Shown here in pieces: positions 36,519-50,444 of a DNA stretch of 64,000 nt. The DNA lies in assembly GCF_964204645.1 (NCBI RefSeq), contig NC_134026.1:30972150-31036149 (forward strand). The letters run 5' to 3'. The notes beneath the pieces were generated by a model that had not been told where the DNA came from, did not search any database, and was given only the letters and a program-made list of their open reading frames with translations. Positions within the stretch are counted from its first letter, which is position 1. Each line of letters opens with the position of its first letter. This stretch comes from Tubulanus polymorphus (taxonomy: Eukaryota > Animalia > Nemertea). The position numbers were made by a program, and so were the translations under genes.

Positions 36519-39420
36519 CTAAACAGTATCGAAGCACATGATGTCATAACTGAAGACGGTTAGAACAATGATTGACAGGTACAATCTGACAGCTGCTGCT
36601 GCTGCTGTCGATGAAGAATGGAATAACGAACTTCCTCCATTGATCTGTAAACTCAGCGTTAAATTCTGTATAACATGTCGTCCTTCTTTAACGTGAATAT
36701 TCACTTTCTCTGAGGAAAAATTGGAATTCTCTGCCTGAAAAATTAACATATGCATGTTTAATAATGAAGTGCTGAATTCGTGGCTGGTTATTTCCAAGAT
36801 GATGTTTTATTCGTGTCTAGTTATTTCCGCGATGTTTAATTTGTGGCTAGTTATTTCCAAGATGATGTTTTATTCGTGTCTAGTTATTTCCGCGATGTTT
36901 AATTTGTGGCTAGTTATCTCCACAGATGCTTTATTCATGGGTGGTTATTTCCACGATGATGTTTTATTCGTGCCTAGTTATTTCTGCTTTTACCTTGATT
37001 TGATAATTTCCCGGTATCAGAATCCTCCAATATTCTCCTTGTCGCGACGTTTTTATGAATCGATGATTTAAACCATTCACAACAATGACAGCGTTAGCGA
37101 CCGGGTTTCCATGCAAATCTTTGACGTAACCATACACACCTCAAAAATATAAATTATCAATGAGGACATGAACATGGATGCTCGGTAGATTAAAATCTGG
37201 GCTGTTGACGATTGTTAAACTGTCAGTCTAACAATCGTCCATTGTTAAACTGAGCCTGAAATTAAACATCATATCACATACCTGTATAAACTTGCTGAAG
37301 AAAATGAATCATTGATTGTTTGTTCCTGTTCCAATGATCTTCTAACTGATTGTTATTGGGATATTTACAACAGGAAATCTCGAGTGTCAGTTCTAAACAT
37401 CCGGCATGGACATAATTATAATCCTGCATGCCACCTATATGTAAAATAGTGAATTAACTTTGAGCGGTTCTAAAATAACAGATCCAGTTTCACAGTTGTG
37501 AGCTATTGAAGTTAAAATTAGTTTATTTTCAATCAAGAGGACTCAAATCTCAACTCAGCAACTGTGGAAGTATGCCCCGGTTAATCTGGATGAGCACGGA
37601 TGATGGATACATACCCGCGACAGTGTACCAGTGAGCACCGTTAGTAATACCGCCCGGGAATATCTCTCCATCGCAGCCGATTGTTGCCATCGTCGGGTGA
37701 TTCGTAGCGTAAACTGACGCGATTCGTTTGAACAATGAATCGTCGGGGGAGGCGTGATATTCAGGTTCATCGTTTACGTAGCTTCCTGAAAATAGATTTC
37801 AAATCCGACCGACTAGCGACACCTGGCGATGGATCCTTGCTTGCCGCAGTAGAGAGAGTCGTTATTACAATAACCATAGCAAATCAAAAGTTCATAAATA
37901 CCTCCTTTTATGTTATCGTACGGATAATTAGCGACTAGGATTCCTCCGTGTAGTTGCGCCGATAAAACAAACGGTATTTCTTTCAACCATTTCATCACAG
38001 CTACAGTTTCAGGTTGTATCGGAGGATGAGGCGTCGAGGATGGCTCGAAGATGTACGGAAAATTCCGGTTCAAATCCTCATTGTTTGCGTTATATCTAAA
38101 CATTGAAAATATTCATCAGAAACGTTGAATAAGAACATAGCTCAGTGCTTAGTCCTATACAGCTCAGTGCTTAAGTAAAAATTTTGCTAGGAAATTTCAG
38201 CAAAAAGTGATCATATTATTAGATAAAATGTTTAATGTAAATACCAGGATGAGGGTTTGTAGCCGCAGTCGGACTGAGATGAAAGTCAGCACTTTTTCCT
38301 GGCATAGCACTTTTTGATTTAGGATTTTGTCTATGATAATTAAGCATCAATCAGGGCCTATCCTAGTTTTTTCCAAAAGCTTTTCAGACTTTGTCCGACA
38401 GACTCATTCGAAACCCTGTTAATAAGTCAATAGGGGTTAATATAACCTGAATTACACAGAGTGTGAATTATCAAACAAATCAAATCAGGGCAACACCATT
38501 AACAACAATAGAGGCAGTTAAAACAAACTAGAACTACGTGTAATTACCTTCCGACAATGTCGTAACAATCACCTTCATGTGCAATTTCAAAACCATCAGG
38601 ATTCATACTAATTAACAAGTGAATTCGAGTTGATTGAATTAATTTCGTAATCGTGGAATTTTTGCCGTATTCACTGAGCAAATAAACAGCTAAATGTAAC
38701 AATAATTCCTTCCCGACCGGCTGAAAAAATTCAACATTTTGAGTTTAGTTTGAATCTAGAGACAAAGAAAATCTGGTTAAAATCAAACTCAAACTGACTT
38801 TGCCACAGTTGGGACAATTATCAGATTCATTACTCATAACCAAATGAAGACAAATACTTTAAATTGGAAATAAAAATTGGGAATCAAAAATAGAGATGAC
38901 TTCAGTGAGGACCTAAACTAGTTTGACTACCGGGTACTTGAATAGATTACCTCATTTCCATGGATATTTCCGACATATTTAATTTCTGGAATGAGTGCAG
39001 AGTGGACAGCAGGACGAGTACCGATAGCTAGAACCCATAATTCACGCCCTGTTCAAAAATTTAAAAACTTAAACATTTAATTATATACAATAATAAGAAC
39101 AGCGGAACTGGATCCTAAACTGTGGAACTGGATCCTGAACTGTGGTACTGGATCCTGAACTGTGGAACTGGATCCTGAACTGTGGAACTGGATCCTGAAC
39201 TGTGGAACTGGATCTTGGATAGTTTTTGATACATACCTTGGACGGATTTGCCAATGCTATAAATGTGAGTTGTATTCGGATATTGTTTGTGAATATTCTG
39301 AAGTAATTGCGACATTGATGCGTATTCATGATATCCAAAATCGACAGAGATTGAATTCACCGAAATCAACAGCAAAACTGTAACAGTATAAAACAAGCAT
39401 AGCTTTGACTGTGACATCAT
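36519..39420 (-). CDS. CPM: M14B metallocarboxypeptidase, carboxypeptidase M-like, probably GPI-anchored (about 8 coding exons)
   Basis: Signal peptide; YSIGKSVQG|RELWV; GNIHGNE zinc motif; DLNRNFP; [19 protein letters not shown]; GITNGAHWY; [14 protein letters not shown]; single domain with hydrophobic C-terminus. Confidence 0.85.
36775..36980. repeat. Intronic ~32-bp tandem repeat
   Basis: TTCGTGTCTAGTTATTTCC...GATGTTT units. Confidence 0.75.
39101..39215. repeat. 20-bp satellite in carboxypeptidase intron
   Basis: GAACTGTGGAACTGGATCCT about 6 copies. Confidence 0.9.
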
Positions 39421-41095
39421 GAACCTGTTGAAAAAACAATAAACAGAGAAATAAATTTAATATCTTTTGAATAAGACTTCTCATTTTCAGCAATTTTATA
39501 ATCATTTTCTGATCTATAAATCGATGTGTAAAAATTAAACCAAACCCGATGAAAAAAAGGAATGACCTTTTCTATGTTCCACAACAAAATACTATTCTCT
39601 GATGGCAATCCTGCAAATGGACTTAATTCCTTTTACCAGTAGCAGCACTACCTCAGAGTCTGCACCTGCTATCGACGTTACATCACAGGTGGAATCAGAC
39701 ATGATGTTATATATAGATAATTATTGTCATCATGATAATAACTGTTTGCACTATAAACATAACTAATAATAATCTATAAGGGTCGAAACTGTATCACCAT
39801 GGTGATCAATTATACATCTTGTAACGCTGTATTGTGCATTAACATAACAGCTATGATCTCTGATAATATCATCATAAAAGGAAATATCGTTATATATGGT
39901 ATCAATAATATCCATCCCTGTAAACATATTATCTCTCATCTTTATGATAACAAGCTTCATTTAGGCCTATCAGTCTCCTGTATCAACTTAGAACTCAAAC
40001 ATCTAAATCAATGAAAGGTCACATCAGACTCTCCTGCTGGACTCACTGGTCGGTTAGGATTCCCCACAGATGCTCATCATGATAGCTAAGGGGTCCAAAA
40101 TCAAAGATTCGACCCACAGGTATCATACCAATGAAAATTTTGTTCAATCTTTAATTAGGCCTGTTGCGCCGTACCTATAATCGTAAGCTTTTGTAATCTA
40201 ATGACAGGCTGTGGTATTAAAAGCTTACCACCATTAATAGTTAATAAGTACTGATACAGACAGGTTTGGACGGGGTCCTAGGATACTGGTTGGAATATCT
40301 AATTTTGGACCCCTCTTCTATCGATTGTGATCCCGTGGTGGGTTTTTTTCACTTGTTGAGTGACTGAACTCAATACCATACTGAGTAATTAAAGGTCATC
40401 GTCATCCACTAATCAGGGTGTTTGGAACTTAACCTACTAAAATTACTCTGTGAGGAGGAGAGATACAGCAGCTGAGGGTCTAAATGTCATCATCTCCTCA
40501 GGCTCAGCATCTTCGCGGCACATCCGTAATGTGCTGCCCTCTACAGTAAATCATATTTACTAAACGATTTCTGTTTCACAATAACGCTGCGCTACTTCAT
40601 CTATTTTGTATCTGTGTTTGTCCGTAATTATAGCTTTACTGTCAAATTCATGATACGATGGAATGTGTACCGCACGTGGAGATGTTATTGTTTACATACT
40701 CGCATACCACGGTAAGAATACCGATTAGTGTCAAAGCCTAACCGTCAAGTGCTGCCCCTATGCAAAACATTGACGGCAAATATGCGAACTAACATTTTAC
40801 TCGCATGCCACAGTCGGGAATCACCGCGGTCGGGTTAGTTCACTGATTCGCCGTCAATGTAATATATAGAGGCAGCACGTTACGGTAGCCAAGCTCTGAC
40901 TTGACTACATAATCGGGAATAAAGATATTTCCTGATCAAATCCCGGTAGTGGGAAATTCAAAAATGTATGCTCTTACTCAACGTGTATCTTGAAATGTTT
41001 CTTCTCTATGATAGAAATAGCTGTTGCCCAACTGATTCAGGCACCAAAATCACCAAAAATGAAAAATCGAAACATTTATTATTTTCAAAGTCACT

Positions 41096-42115
41096 TCATT
41101 CCCATCTTTTATTATGATTTAAATGTTCCAAAGCATCAACAAGAAATCGATTTGGACGCATTGATTTTCCTGATATCGCTTCACGCAATTTCCTCCATTT
41201 TTCATCTTGTTTTTCTTTCATCGACCCGTGTTCTTGCTCCTTAAAAACAAACAAGAATCAAATACAGGAAAATTAAGAGACCTTTTCAAACTCAAAACTC
41301 ATCAAACTCTGGTTGGGATCTGTGGGTAACATTTCTAACTTTTACAAGAATAAGCTTATTGGACAAAATAGAGCCTTTGTTAACAGAAATTGCTTTATTG
41401 GACAGTTTATTGGATTTATTTTTGCACAAAATTGAGCGCCCCGACGCATGCCCCTGGACCCAGTTGCCCCAAAAAAGAGATGAAAAAAGGCAAACATGAA
41501 AGATTGAATGAAAGAATTATATGGATTTAAGTGCTTCACCCTGGACACAGTTTAACAACAAGGATTTCAATTACCGGTATCAACTCTAAAATCGATCTCA
41601 TTTCCACATCAATTCAATTTAATTTTCACTTAAACTCATCAGGACCACATGAGTTGCACAGTCGTGGCTTCAGTCCAAAAGTGGTCCAAAAGACTGGTCT
41701 TAAGTTGTTAGATTGGCTTAAGAACTTAGTTGGTTTTAGACTGGTCTTAAAGTCTAAGCTATGCAAATGACCCCTGAATTCAAAGATTCTAAACTTTCTT
41801 ACCCGAGTTAGATATGGAACGGCTAAATATTCTCTATTTTGTTCTTCTAATAAAAGTTGATTGACAGCAGCTCTTTTCTGTGAGATTGTAACTGGTTCAT
41901 ATAAACGATGCTTTCTGCAAAATAGAATAATTCATCAGTTCATATCAAGCAGATCAGTCATTCACTGCAGAATGAGTACCCTCCCTCAGGCCTCACGACG
42001 GTTGGTCCGGTTTTACTTACCCAGTCCAGATGTTGCCTGGCATGATCTTTGCAGGAACATATGGATCTCTAATTTTAGATTTCACAGTTTTTAGAAGATA
42101 CTGTGTCAGACGCAT
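41096..42115 (-). CDS. MRPL57: Mitochondrial ribosomal protein mL63 (exons 42115-42021, 41914-41803, 41239-41096)
   Basis: Spliced frame gives MRLTQYLL...PGNIWTG|KHRL...EEQNREYLAVPYLTR|EQEHGS...RFLVDALEHLNHNKRWE*, matching the MRP63 pattern (PGxxWxGKHR, PYxTREQE, LxHLNxxKxW); exon phases consistent; absent from the ORF track. Confidence 0.9.
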
Positions 42116-43079
42116 CTGAAAGTGAAAATGGAGTGAATTTGTTGAATAAAATGGACGAATTGATTCGATTGGTGCTGGTTGTTTGACCTTCTTGCTTCGT
42201 TTTGACTTACTTTTGTTAATGTGTGCGTCTGTTTCTGTGTTCGAGAAGTTTTTGCCTCTGTTGTTGTTGTTTATTTATTTCTGAAACAACACGATAGTCC
42301 GCGGTTGTCTGTACACTGTCCTTAATCACAGTTATAATTAGCAATCACACCGAAACGAATTTAATTGAATTGGTTTTACCCACGTAACCTTGGCCATACT
42401 TGCTTGCCAGAGCTGCTACTGGCAAGCGAGTAATAGATTAGTTTTCATATTTACCGCTAGCGTTATATTTAGGGGCAGCACCTGACAGTCCAAATCAGAC
42501 TAGTATATTGTATCGTTGTTGTCTAAAACTGATCAAATTCAAATATATTACTTATTTTTAGACTGAAAAAAGAAAATTATTTTCTTAATCTGGCTGATAA
42601 TTACAACAAAAATCATTTTTGTGTTAATTGTATTGCAGAAAAACATCAGTACAACCAACTCTTTCCACAAACCAGTTTTCCATTACCAAATTTTTGACTG
42701 AAGAAAAATAGATTTTTAGATTTCATAAATCTTGAATTTTCAATCTCTAGACACTTTTGAAATTCAGCTTCCTCGGAATGGCAGTATGATAAAAGCAACT
42801 CTTACAACAGTGGAACTCTGGATCCATGGCAACAATAGACTGGCTCCAAAAATATCTCTTCATAAAACAACTTTCAGGCATGGATTTAAATTGTGACAAT
42901 CTCAAAATATTTTTCGTTTTATTAGTAACAGAAAGTTTAGAAGTACAATAATGATGGCATAATGCCCCCAAAACAACATATTACACATCTCTTACCCATC
43001 CCAGCTCCGACTACCCTGGAATTCGCGTAGAACCTCAGAGAGAAGTTACTGGTCCTAGGAGTTCCGAAGCAAACGAAGT

Positions 43080-46000
43080 TTACTGCAATAAATGACTATA
43101 TGTTCTTGGTGAATTGTTGACGTTTTTATCAGGAGGTACAACAACATCAGTAGCGGCAGCAGCAGCAGCAGCGGCAGCGGCAGTGGGACAGATTTCAACG
43201 TGTAGGTCTTTGAGATAATTGTCTACAGATTGCTGACTAGTGTTCTGAGAAACCGGACTAGCAGCACTGGTAACGGGGTCGCTAGCCCTGGCAGTTGAGG
43301 ATGCTGTTGAATTATCATTGGACACCATATAAACATGTACTAAACCGGAGTCAGAATTATCATCGGACGGTTGACGAACTGTTAGTAAAATCACCTCTCC
43401 TGGTTTTAACGAACTGACATCGACACCGGCGGGAGGTAGCGACTGGTCGGGTACCGGGGGTGGACTCATTAACACACGCGGAGGACTCATTATTCTCGGA
43501 GATTCTATATCCCCCGACGACCCGATACTCTCGGAATGTTTTCGAACTCGCGACATTATCTGTTCAACGTTCATGTATTGGACTTGTTTCGGTGTGTGAT
43601 TCTGGGCGCTCGGCGTTCCAGCCACGACAGGACGACCACACGTCGGCGTACCAGTAGCATCGGCTGACAATACAGTTGATTTCCCCTTATTGTTTGTCTC
43701 CATGGTTTTTCTAGCAAATATAAATGATGAGAATTTTTGTAGAGGAGCCAGTGTCAACTTAGAATCACATCAGTAAACATGGAAACAGGTAGTTATGCGG
43801 TGTAGCAGGTTTAACTGATATTAGAAATCACAAGTTTCGGCAACTTGTGCATAGAGTTGCTTAATCAGGTCAATGAGTTCAATCAATGGAGATTCGAAAG
43901 TATCATTCACTACTACATGAATACTGTTGTTTTACTCATTTACCTGACAAAGCTACTCTATTAGACTAGTAGCGAAAGCTCGCAATCTCAGATCAGATAA
44001 TCGCAAAGGGATCATTCATTTATTACGTACGCATAAAATTTGAATTTTTCTACCCACCCCTCCCCCTCTGTACGCAAAATCGGCCATTTTTTCATATACA
44101 TTAAGCATTACAGTACGCAATTGCACTGACCCCTCCCCCTCCCCTAATGCGTACGTAATAAATGAATGACCCTAAATCAGTTAACCTACAATTACTATCT
44201 ATTTTCACACTTATTTACCTGTTCTTTACGGAATCTGCCGATCCATCTATACTTTCTTCCATTTCTTTCAGAATATCTTCAATTTCCGATTCATTTTCAT
44301 CCGAATTCGAATCACCATCAACTATTGAGAAATAAATATATCAACGATTCACTCCTGTTAGTTTTATCATTATAATTTTGCTAATCTCTAAATCAAGCCC
44401 ACAGCCAGCCCTGTATATGAGGGAGGTTTGATTTTCACAAAAGCGGAACTTTCAGAAGGTGCCCACATGCCATATTTTCAATCGAGGTTTGATCTAAAAT
44501 AGGATGTTTTGATTCAAACAACATTTTCAAATAAACTCTGAAGATGGTTTGAAGGATTGTTTAAATTGATATTGATAGTTTCTCTCAATCATATTCTTCA
44601 AGACTGGAAATAGTCGGAACTATTTACAAACCTGTTTTTTTAATTCGTTTTTTACGCGACCGCGTAGCGACTGTTGTTCCAGTTCCGGCAGTTCCTCCTG
44701 TTCTCGTTTCTTTTTGCTGTTTGCGTTTATTTGATTTTGGTTTTGGTTCGATCTCTTCGTCGGACGACTCGTCAAATATCGATGAATCGAAATTCCGTCT
44801 CTCGGCTGGAAAAATAAAAAAACTATTTATTATCGAAATTCATAGAGTATTTGAAACAGCCACAACAGAATCACAACTATAACAAATTCATCCTTGAAAA
44901 TAATATCATTACAATACGATTGATTATCTGATGAGGCCGAAATTGATTGTGCTATCATTTTTCAAGGATAAATTTTATTTTAGTTCTGAACGTTCGACTC
45001 TCTCTCTCTACTAAAAGAAACGGCCCTTTCTTTGTTAAGTCTTCTATGCATCTTGAGGAAGGTCAAAAATTGTGTGTAAACACAAACAAATCACAAACAA
45101 TTTTTCCGAACATTCCCCCTAAACAGTAAAGTTCAGATCAGTAAAAAGTTTGCGAGTTCAAAACAAATTGAAGAGAACATTTTAAAGGGTGTAATTTCAG
45201 ACATACCTATAGCCATATCAATCAGCGATTTATTTATTCTCTCTTCACGTTTGAATTTATTCTGAATTCAAAATAAAGTAAAAAGAATGAATTCTATTTT
45301 TCGATAAAAACAGAATGAATGATACTATTGAGAGTGATCGGTATTTCTTACCTTCAGTTGAGTTCGTGTTCTCTTTGGAAACATTTTCTGAATCAGCGAG
45401 AAATCTGTACCTAACGTACTGATTGCTTTATAGAATCTTTTAGTTTCTGCAAATGAAATTCAAGAGTTTCGATAAGTAGGTAAAACATGGCAAGGTTTTG
45501 ATGCAATCAGGTTCGATTCCCGGTCGAGGGAGGTACGACCAGGTTCAAACCCCTATATCAAATATACCTCTTTCAGTCCATGTTTTTGTAGGAATATAAT
45601 TTCTGTAACTCAGCGATGTTGTAAAATAATTCTCATCTTCTTCTACGGTATTGGTTTCGTTGATCGGGGATTTAGGGCCATCATTTTCAGCCGGGACGAA
45701 CAAACTAGAAATGTACATCACATTACATCATCAGTACGCACAGGTAGGCTCACCTAGATAGGCACAGGTAGGCTTATCTAGATAGACACTGATAGGCTTA
45801 TCTATCTAGATAGGCACAGGTAGGCTTATCTAGATAGGTACAGGTAGGCTTATCTAGATAGGTACAGGTAGGCTTATCTAGATAGGCACAGGTAGGCTTA
45901 TCTAGATAGATAGGCACAGGTAGGCTTATCTAGATAGGTACAGGTAGGCTTATCTAGATAGGCACAGGTAGGCTTACCTAGATAGGCACTGATAGGCTTA

Positions 46001-49000
46001 TCTATCTAGATAGGCACAGGTAGGCTTATCTAGATAGGTACAGGTAGGCTTATCTAGATAGGCACAGGTAGGCTTACCTAGATAGGCACTGATAGGCTTA
46101 TCTATCTAGATAGGCACAGGTAGGCTTATCTAGATAGGCACAGGTAGGCTTACCTAGATAGGCACTGATAGGCTTATCTATCTAGATAGGCACAGGTAGG
46201 CTTACCTAGATAGGCACAGGTAGGTTTATCTATCTAGATAGGCACAGGTAGGTTTATCTAGATAGGCACAGGTAGGCTTATCTAGATAGACACTGATAGG
46301 CTTATCTATCTAGATAGGCACAGGTAGGCTTATCTATCTAGATAGGCACAGGTAGGCTTACCTAGATAGGCACAGGTAGGCTTATCTAGATAGACACTGA
46401 TAGGCTTATCTATCTAGATAGGCACAGGTAGGCTTATCTAGATAGGCAGAGGTAGGCTTATCTAGATAGACACTGATAGGCTTATCTATCTAGATAGGCA
46501 CAGGTAGGCTTATCTAGATAGGCACTGATAGGCTTATCTATCTAGATAGGCACAGGTAGGCTTATCTAGATAGGTACAGGTAGGCTTATCTAGATAGGCA
46601 CAGGTAGGCTTACCTAGATAGGCACTGATAGGCTTATCTATCTAGATAGGCACAGGTAGGCTTATCTAGATAGGTACAGGTAGGCTTATCTAGATAGGCA
46701 CAGGTAGGCTTACCTAGATAGGCACTGATAGGCTTATCTATCTAGATAGGCACAGGTAGGCTTATCTAGATAGGTACAGGTAGGCTTATCTAGATAGGCA
46801 CAGGTAGGCTTACCTAGATAGGCACTGATAGGCTTATCTATCTAGATAGGCACAGGTAGGCTTATCTAGATAGGTACAGGTAGGCTTATCTAGATAGGCA
46901 CAGGTAGGCTTATCTAAATAGACACTGATAGCCTTATCTATCTAGATAGGCACAGGTAGGCTTATCTAGATAGGTACAGGTAGGCTTATCTAGATAGGCA
47001 CAGGTAGGCTTACCTAAATAGACACTGATAGGCTTATCTATCTAGATAGGTACAGGTAGGCTTATCTAGATAGGCACAGGTAGGCTTATCTAGATAGACA
47101 CTGATAGGCTTATCTATCTAGATAGGCACAGGTAGGCTTATCTAGATAGGTACAGGTAGGCTTATCTAGATAGGCACAGGTAGGCTTATCTAGATAGGCA
47201 CAGGTAGGCTTATCTAGATAGGTACAGGTAGGCTTATCTAGATAGGCACAGGTAGGCTTATCTAGATAGGCACAGGTAGGCTTATCTAGATAGGTACAGG
47301 TAGGCTTATCTAGATAGGTACAGGTAGGCTTATCTAGATAGGTACAGGTAGGCTTATCTAGATAGGTACAGGTAGGCTTATCTAGATAGGCACAGGTAGG
47401 CTTATCTAGATAGATAGGCACAGGTAGGCTTATCTAGATAGGTACAGGTAGGCTTATCTAGATAGGCACAGGTAGGCTTATCTAGATAGATAGGCACAGG
47501 TAGGCTTATCTAGATAGGTACAGGTAGGCTTATCTAGATAGGCACAGGTAGGCTTATCTAGATAGGCACAGGTAGGCTTATCTAGATAGATAGGCACAGG
47601 TAGGCTTATCTAGATAGGTACAGGTAGGCTTATCTAGATAGGTACAGGTAGGCTTATCTAGATAGGCACAGGTAGGCTTATCTAGATAGGCACAGGTAGG
47701 CTTATCTAGATAGATAGGCACAGGTAGGCTTATCTAGATAGGCACAGGTAGGCTTATCTAGATAGGCACAGGTAGGTTTGGAGTGTAGGACACATACCTT
47801 GCCTCATTGAGTATGATACTACCATCAGGTCCGACCGTAAGCTGAGGAGCAGGAGCTGCAGTCTGCTCTTCCTCTTCAAGCTCCTGCTGCTCCTTGCTAT
47901 GAGTTGATTCGTCATTGCCCGCCACCGACGAGCGATCATCTTCCGTTGCCCGAGGCGATGAAGATTCTATTGTTGTATCGTCACTCTCTTTCGATGTTTT
48001 CGCTTTTTTGTTTTTTAATGTGTATCTAGTGAAAAAGACGAGGTGAGTTATAAAACCATTATAACATACAATAAATAGACAATACAGTAAACCTCGCTCA
48101 ACTCTAACTCTGACAAACAACAAAATCATTTTCTGACTTGCAAACATATTTTCCGATACTCGAACTTACGCTTGAGTTTCTGCGGCTTCAAATGTTACAA
48201 TTCATTCATTTTTCATTGAATCCCGTATTGATAAAGAGACATGAATATTGAATATCCAATTTCCCTTAGTTTTCTGATTCCCCCGAGTTTTCCCGTTTTT
48301 ACACTTCAATGATCTATGATTAAGATATCGCAACAGCATATTTTCAAGTTATCAAGACAAAACGACCACTTTCCGCCCGTTTACAAATCCCAAGAGTTTT
48401 CAATGTGATAACTGCATAGGAAATTCTCATTCGAACTAAATAAAGTAGATCAGTCCCAAATGATGTGGATTTAACCCTTCAGTGCGTCTACACCGCAGTG
48501 CGGTGTATGAATCAGTAATAAGTAATTAGTTTTTGTTTTTGTTTTTATTTTTTTAAATGGCAGCACCTGTCAAACATAGTGAAATTCTAGTAACTAACGA
48601 TACACCGCGCCGCGGTGTAGACGCACTCTAGTGGTATTCCTGTTATTCAGCACACTAGGGCGGATTTTTTCAAAATTTTCAAATTATCTCCAGCACTATA
48701 GGGTATTGATTAGTCAGCACTGAAAGGGTTAAGCAGATTTTGAAGCGATTCTTACTTCATAGGGTTTGATGATGGATTCCAGTGAATGAGATCTCTCATT
48801 GTCATTTTAGTTCGATCTGGTGGATTCTCCGGGTCAAAACTCACTTTATAACGAGGAGCACGCGATTTTTTTGGCTGGAAAACAAAAAATGCAAAATATG
48901 AAATTTTGGGAATTCTCTTTCACGCGCTTTCTTATCATAGAAACTAACTTTGTACATGTAATTTCACTAGATTTCAAAGTTTAAAGTCCACAGTCGATTC

Positions 49001-50044
49001 AAGTATAAGCCATTTTGAAGAGTAATTTGAGACATCAGGAACTGAATTCTGAACTGTGGAACTGGACCCTGAGCTGTGGAATTGAGTCCAGAACTGTGGA
49101 ACTGTACCCAGAACTGTGGACCTGGATCCAGAACTGTGGAACTGGACCCTGAACTGTGGAACTGGACCCTGAACTGTGGAATTGAGTCCAGAACTGTGGA
49201 ACTGAGTTCAGAACCGTGGAACTGAGACCAGAACTTTGGAACTGAGTTCAGAACCGTGGAACTGAGTTCAGAACCGTGGAACTGAGTCCAGAACTGTGGA
49301 ACTGAGTCCAGAACTGTGGAACTGAGTTCAGAACTGTGGAACTAGTTCCAGAACTGTGGAACTTGATCCAGAACTGTGGAACTGGGTTCAGAACTGTGGA
49401 ACTGTATCCAGAACTGTGGAACTGGACTCAGAACTGTGGAACTGGGTCCTGAACTGTGGAACTGGACCCTGAACTTTGGAACCCTGAACTGTGGAACCTG
49501 GTGTAAATATTTACCTTGTGAGTTGTGGTAGTTTGAATTTTACTTGTTGATTTTTGAGTATTTTTTACTATGGTCTCCTTTTCAGCAGATGTAACTGTAA
49601 CTACTGCTGCTGCTGCTGCTGCTGTTGCTGCCGACGATACTGTTGTTGTTGTCGCTGATGTCGTTTTCTTTTCAACTATTGCTGCATCAGATTTTTTCAT
49701 CGTTATTGATTTGATGCTGAAAAAACAAAAATGAAAAATGTTTGTAAATATTCCCACAATTATTCTCGGTATTTCTAGACTGAATAATCAACTTACGGGT
49801 TTCGTTGTATAGGTGGAGGAGTTGTTACTACGGCAACCTCTGAATGCGATGTTGCTGCAACTGTTGCTGTGGTAACCACTGTTGCATTGTGACTGATTTT
49901 CTCGCCACTCGAAACGACAGGGCTGACGGCAGGTTTCTTAGCGACGGATGAAGACGTTTCCGCGGTAACGCTTTGACGAGTTGAAACACGACTGGACGAT
50001 TTAAGCGCCAGATTCGGCTTCACTTGAATTCTCGATCTACGCAT
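43080..50044 (-). CDS. BDP1: TFIIIB component B double prime (about 10 coding exons)
   Basis: MRRSRIQVKPNL N-terminus; PPDRTKMTMRDLIHWNPSSNPM; APQLTVGPDGSIILNEA; SANT domain TKRFYKAISTLGTDFSLIQKMFPKRTRTQLK|NKFKREER. Confidence 0.92.
44008..44172. mobile_element. MITE, PIF/Harbinger-like termini
   Basis: TIRs GGGATCATTCATTTATTACGTACGCA / TGCGTACGTAATAAATGAATGACCC, no ORF. Confidence 0.8.
45738..47777. repeat. ~2 kb intronic satellite with 24-bp unit and 28-bp variants
   Basis: CTAGATAGGCACAGGTAGGCTTAT repeated; fills one BDP1 intron almost splice site to splice site. Confidence 0.95.
48475..48728. mobile_element. piggyBac-like MITE
   Basis: TTAA target duplication on both sides; termini CCCTTCAGTGC / GCACTGAAAGGG; internal inverted repeat AGTGCGTCTACACCGC / GCGGTGTAGACGCACT. 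Confidence 0.85.
49038..49500. repeat. 20-bp satellite in BDP1 intron, about 23 copies
   Basis: GAACTGTGGAACTGRRYCCW unit, same family as 39101-39215. Confidence 0.9.
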
Positions 50045-50444
50045 GATGAGATTTCAAGTTTGTGAATTCCTAAAATAGAAATTCAAGCTTTCTTATACGA
50101 CATAGCAGCAGGGGGTACCCAGCAGGGGTATAGAACTATTTCAGACTCCCTGGCCTAATGTGGTTCACTTTTTAATTTTTGTGACGGTGGTAGCAATAAA
50201 TTTTAATTTGATTGCTTTTATCCCAGTTAAAAAGGTCGACGTATGTTTTAGATCGATGTCACTGATTCCCTTACGGATTCTCTGCAGCAGTGATTCATAT
50301 CAGTGATTCCTATCGAGAACTACGTTAAGAATGATGTAAAACATAGGCCTACCCACCACACAAACTTTTGAATTGTGACTGTCATGAATTGAATTGTTTT
50401 TCTAGCGGGAATTCTGTGAACTAACAGTCAGGCCAACCCAACGA

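Noticed and set aside
44928-44950. CTGATGAGGCCGAAA hammerhead-like core
   Set aside because: Stem I pairing is weak and stem II is only a 4-nt palindrome; may be chance
47110-47421. ORF (YLDKPTCT)n
   Set aside because: Translation of the 24-bp intronic satellite inside BDP1
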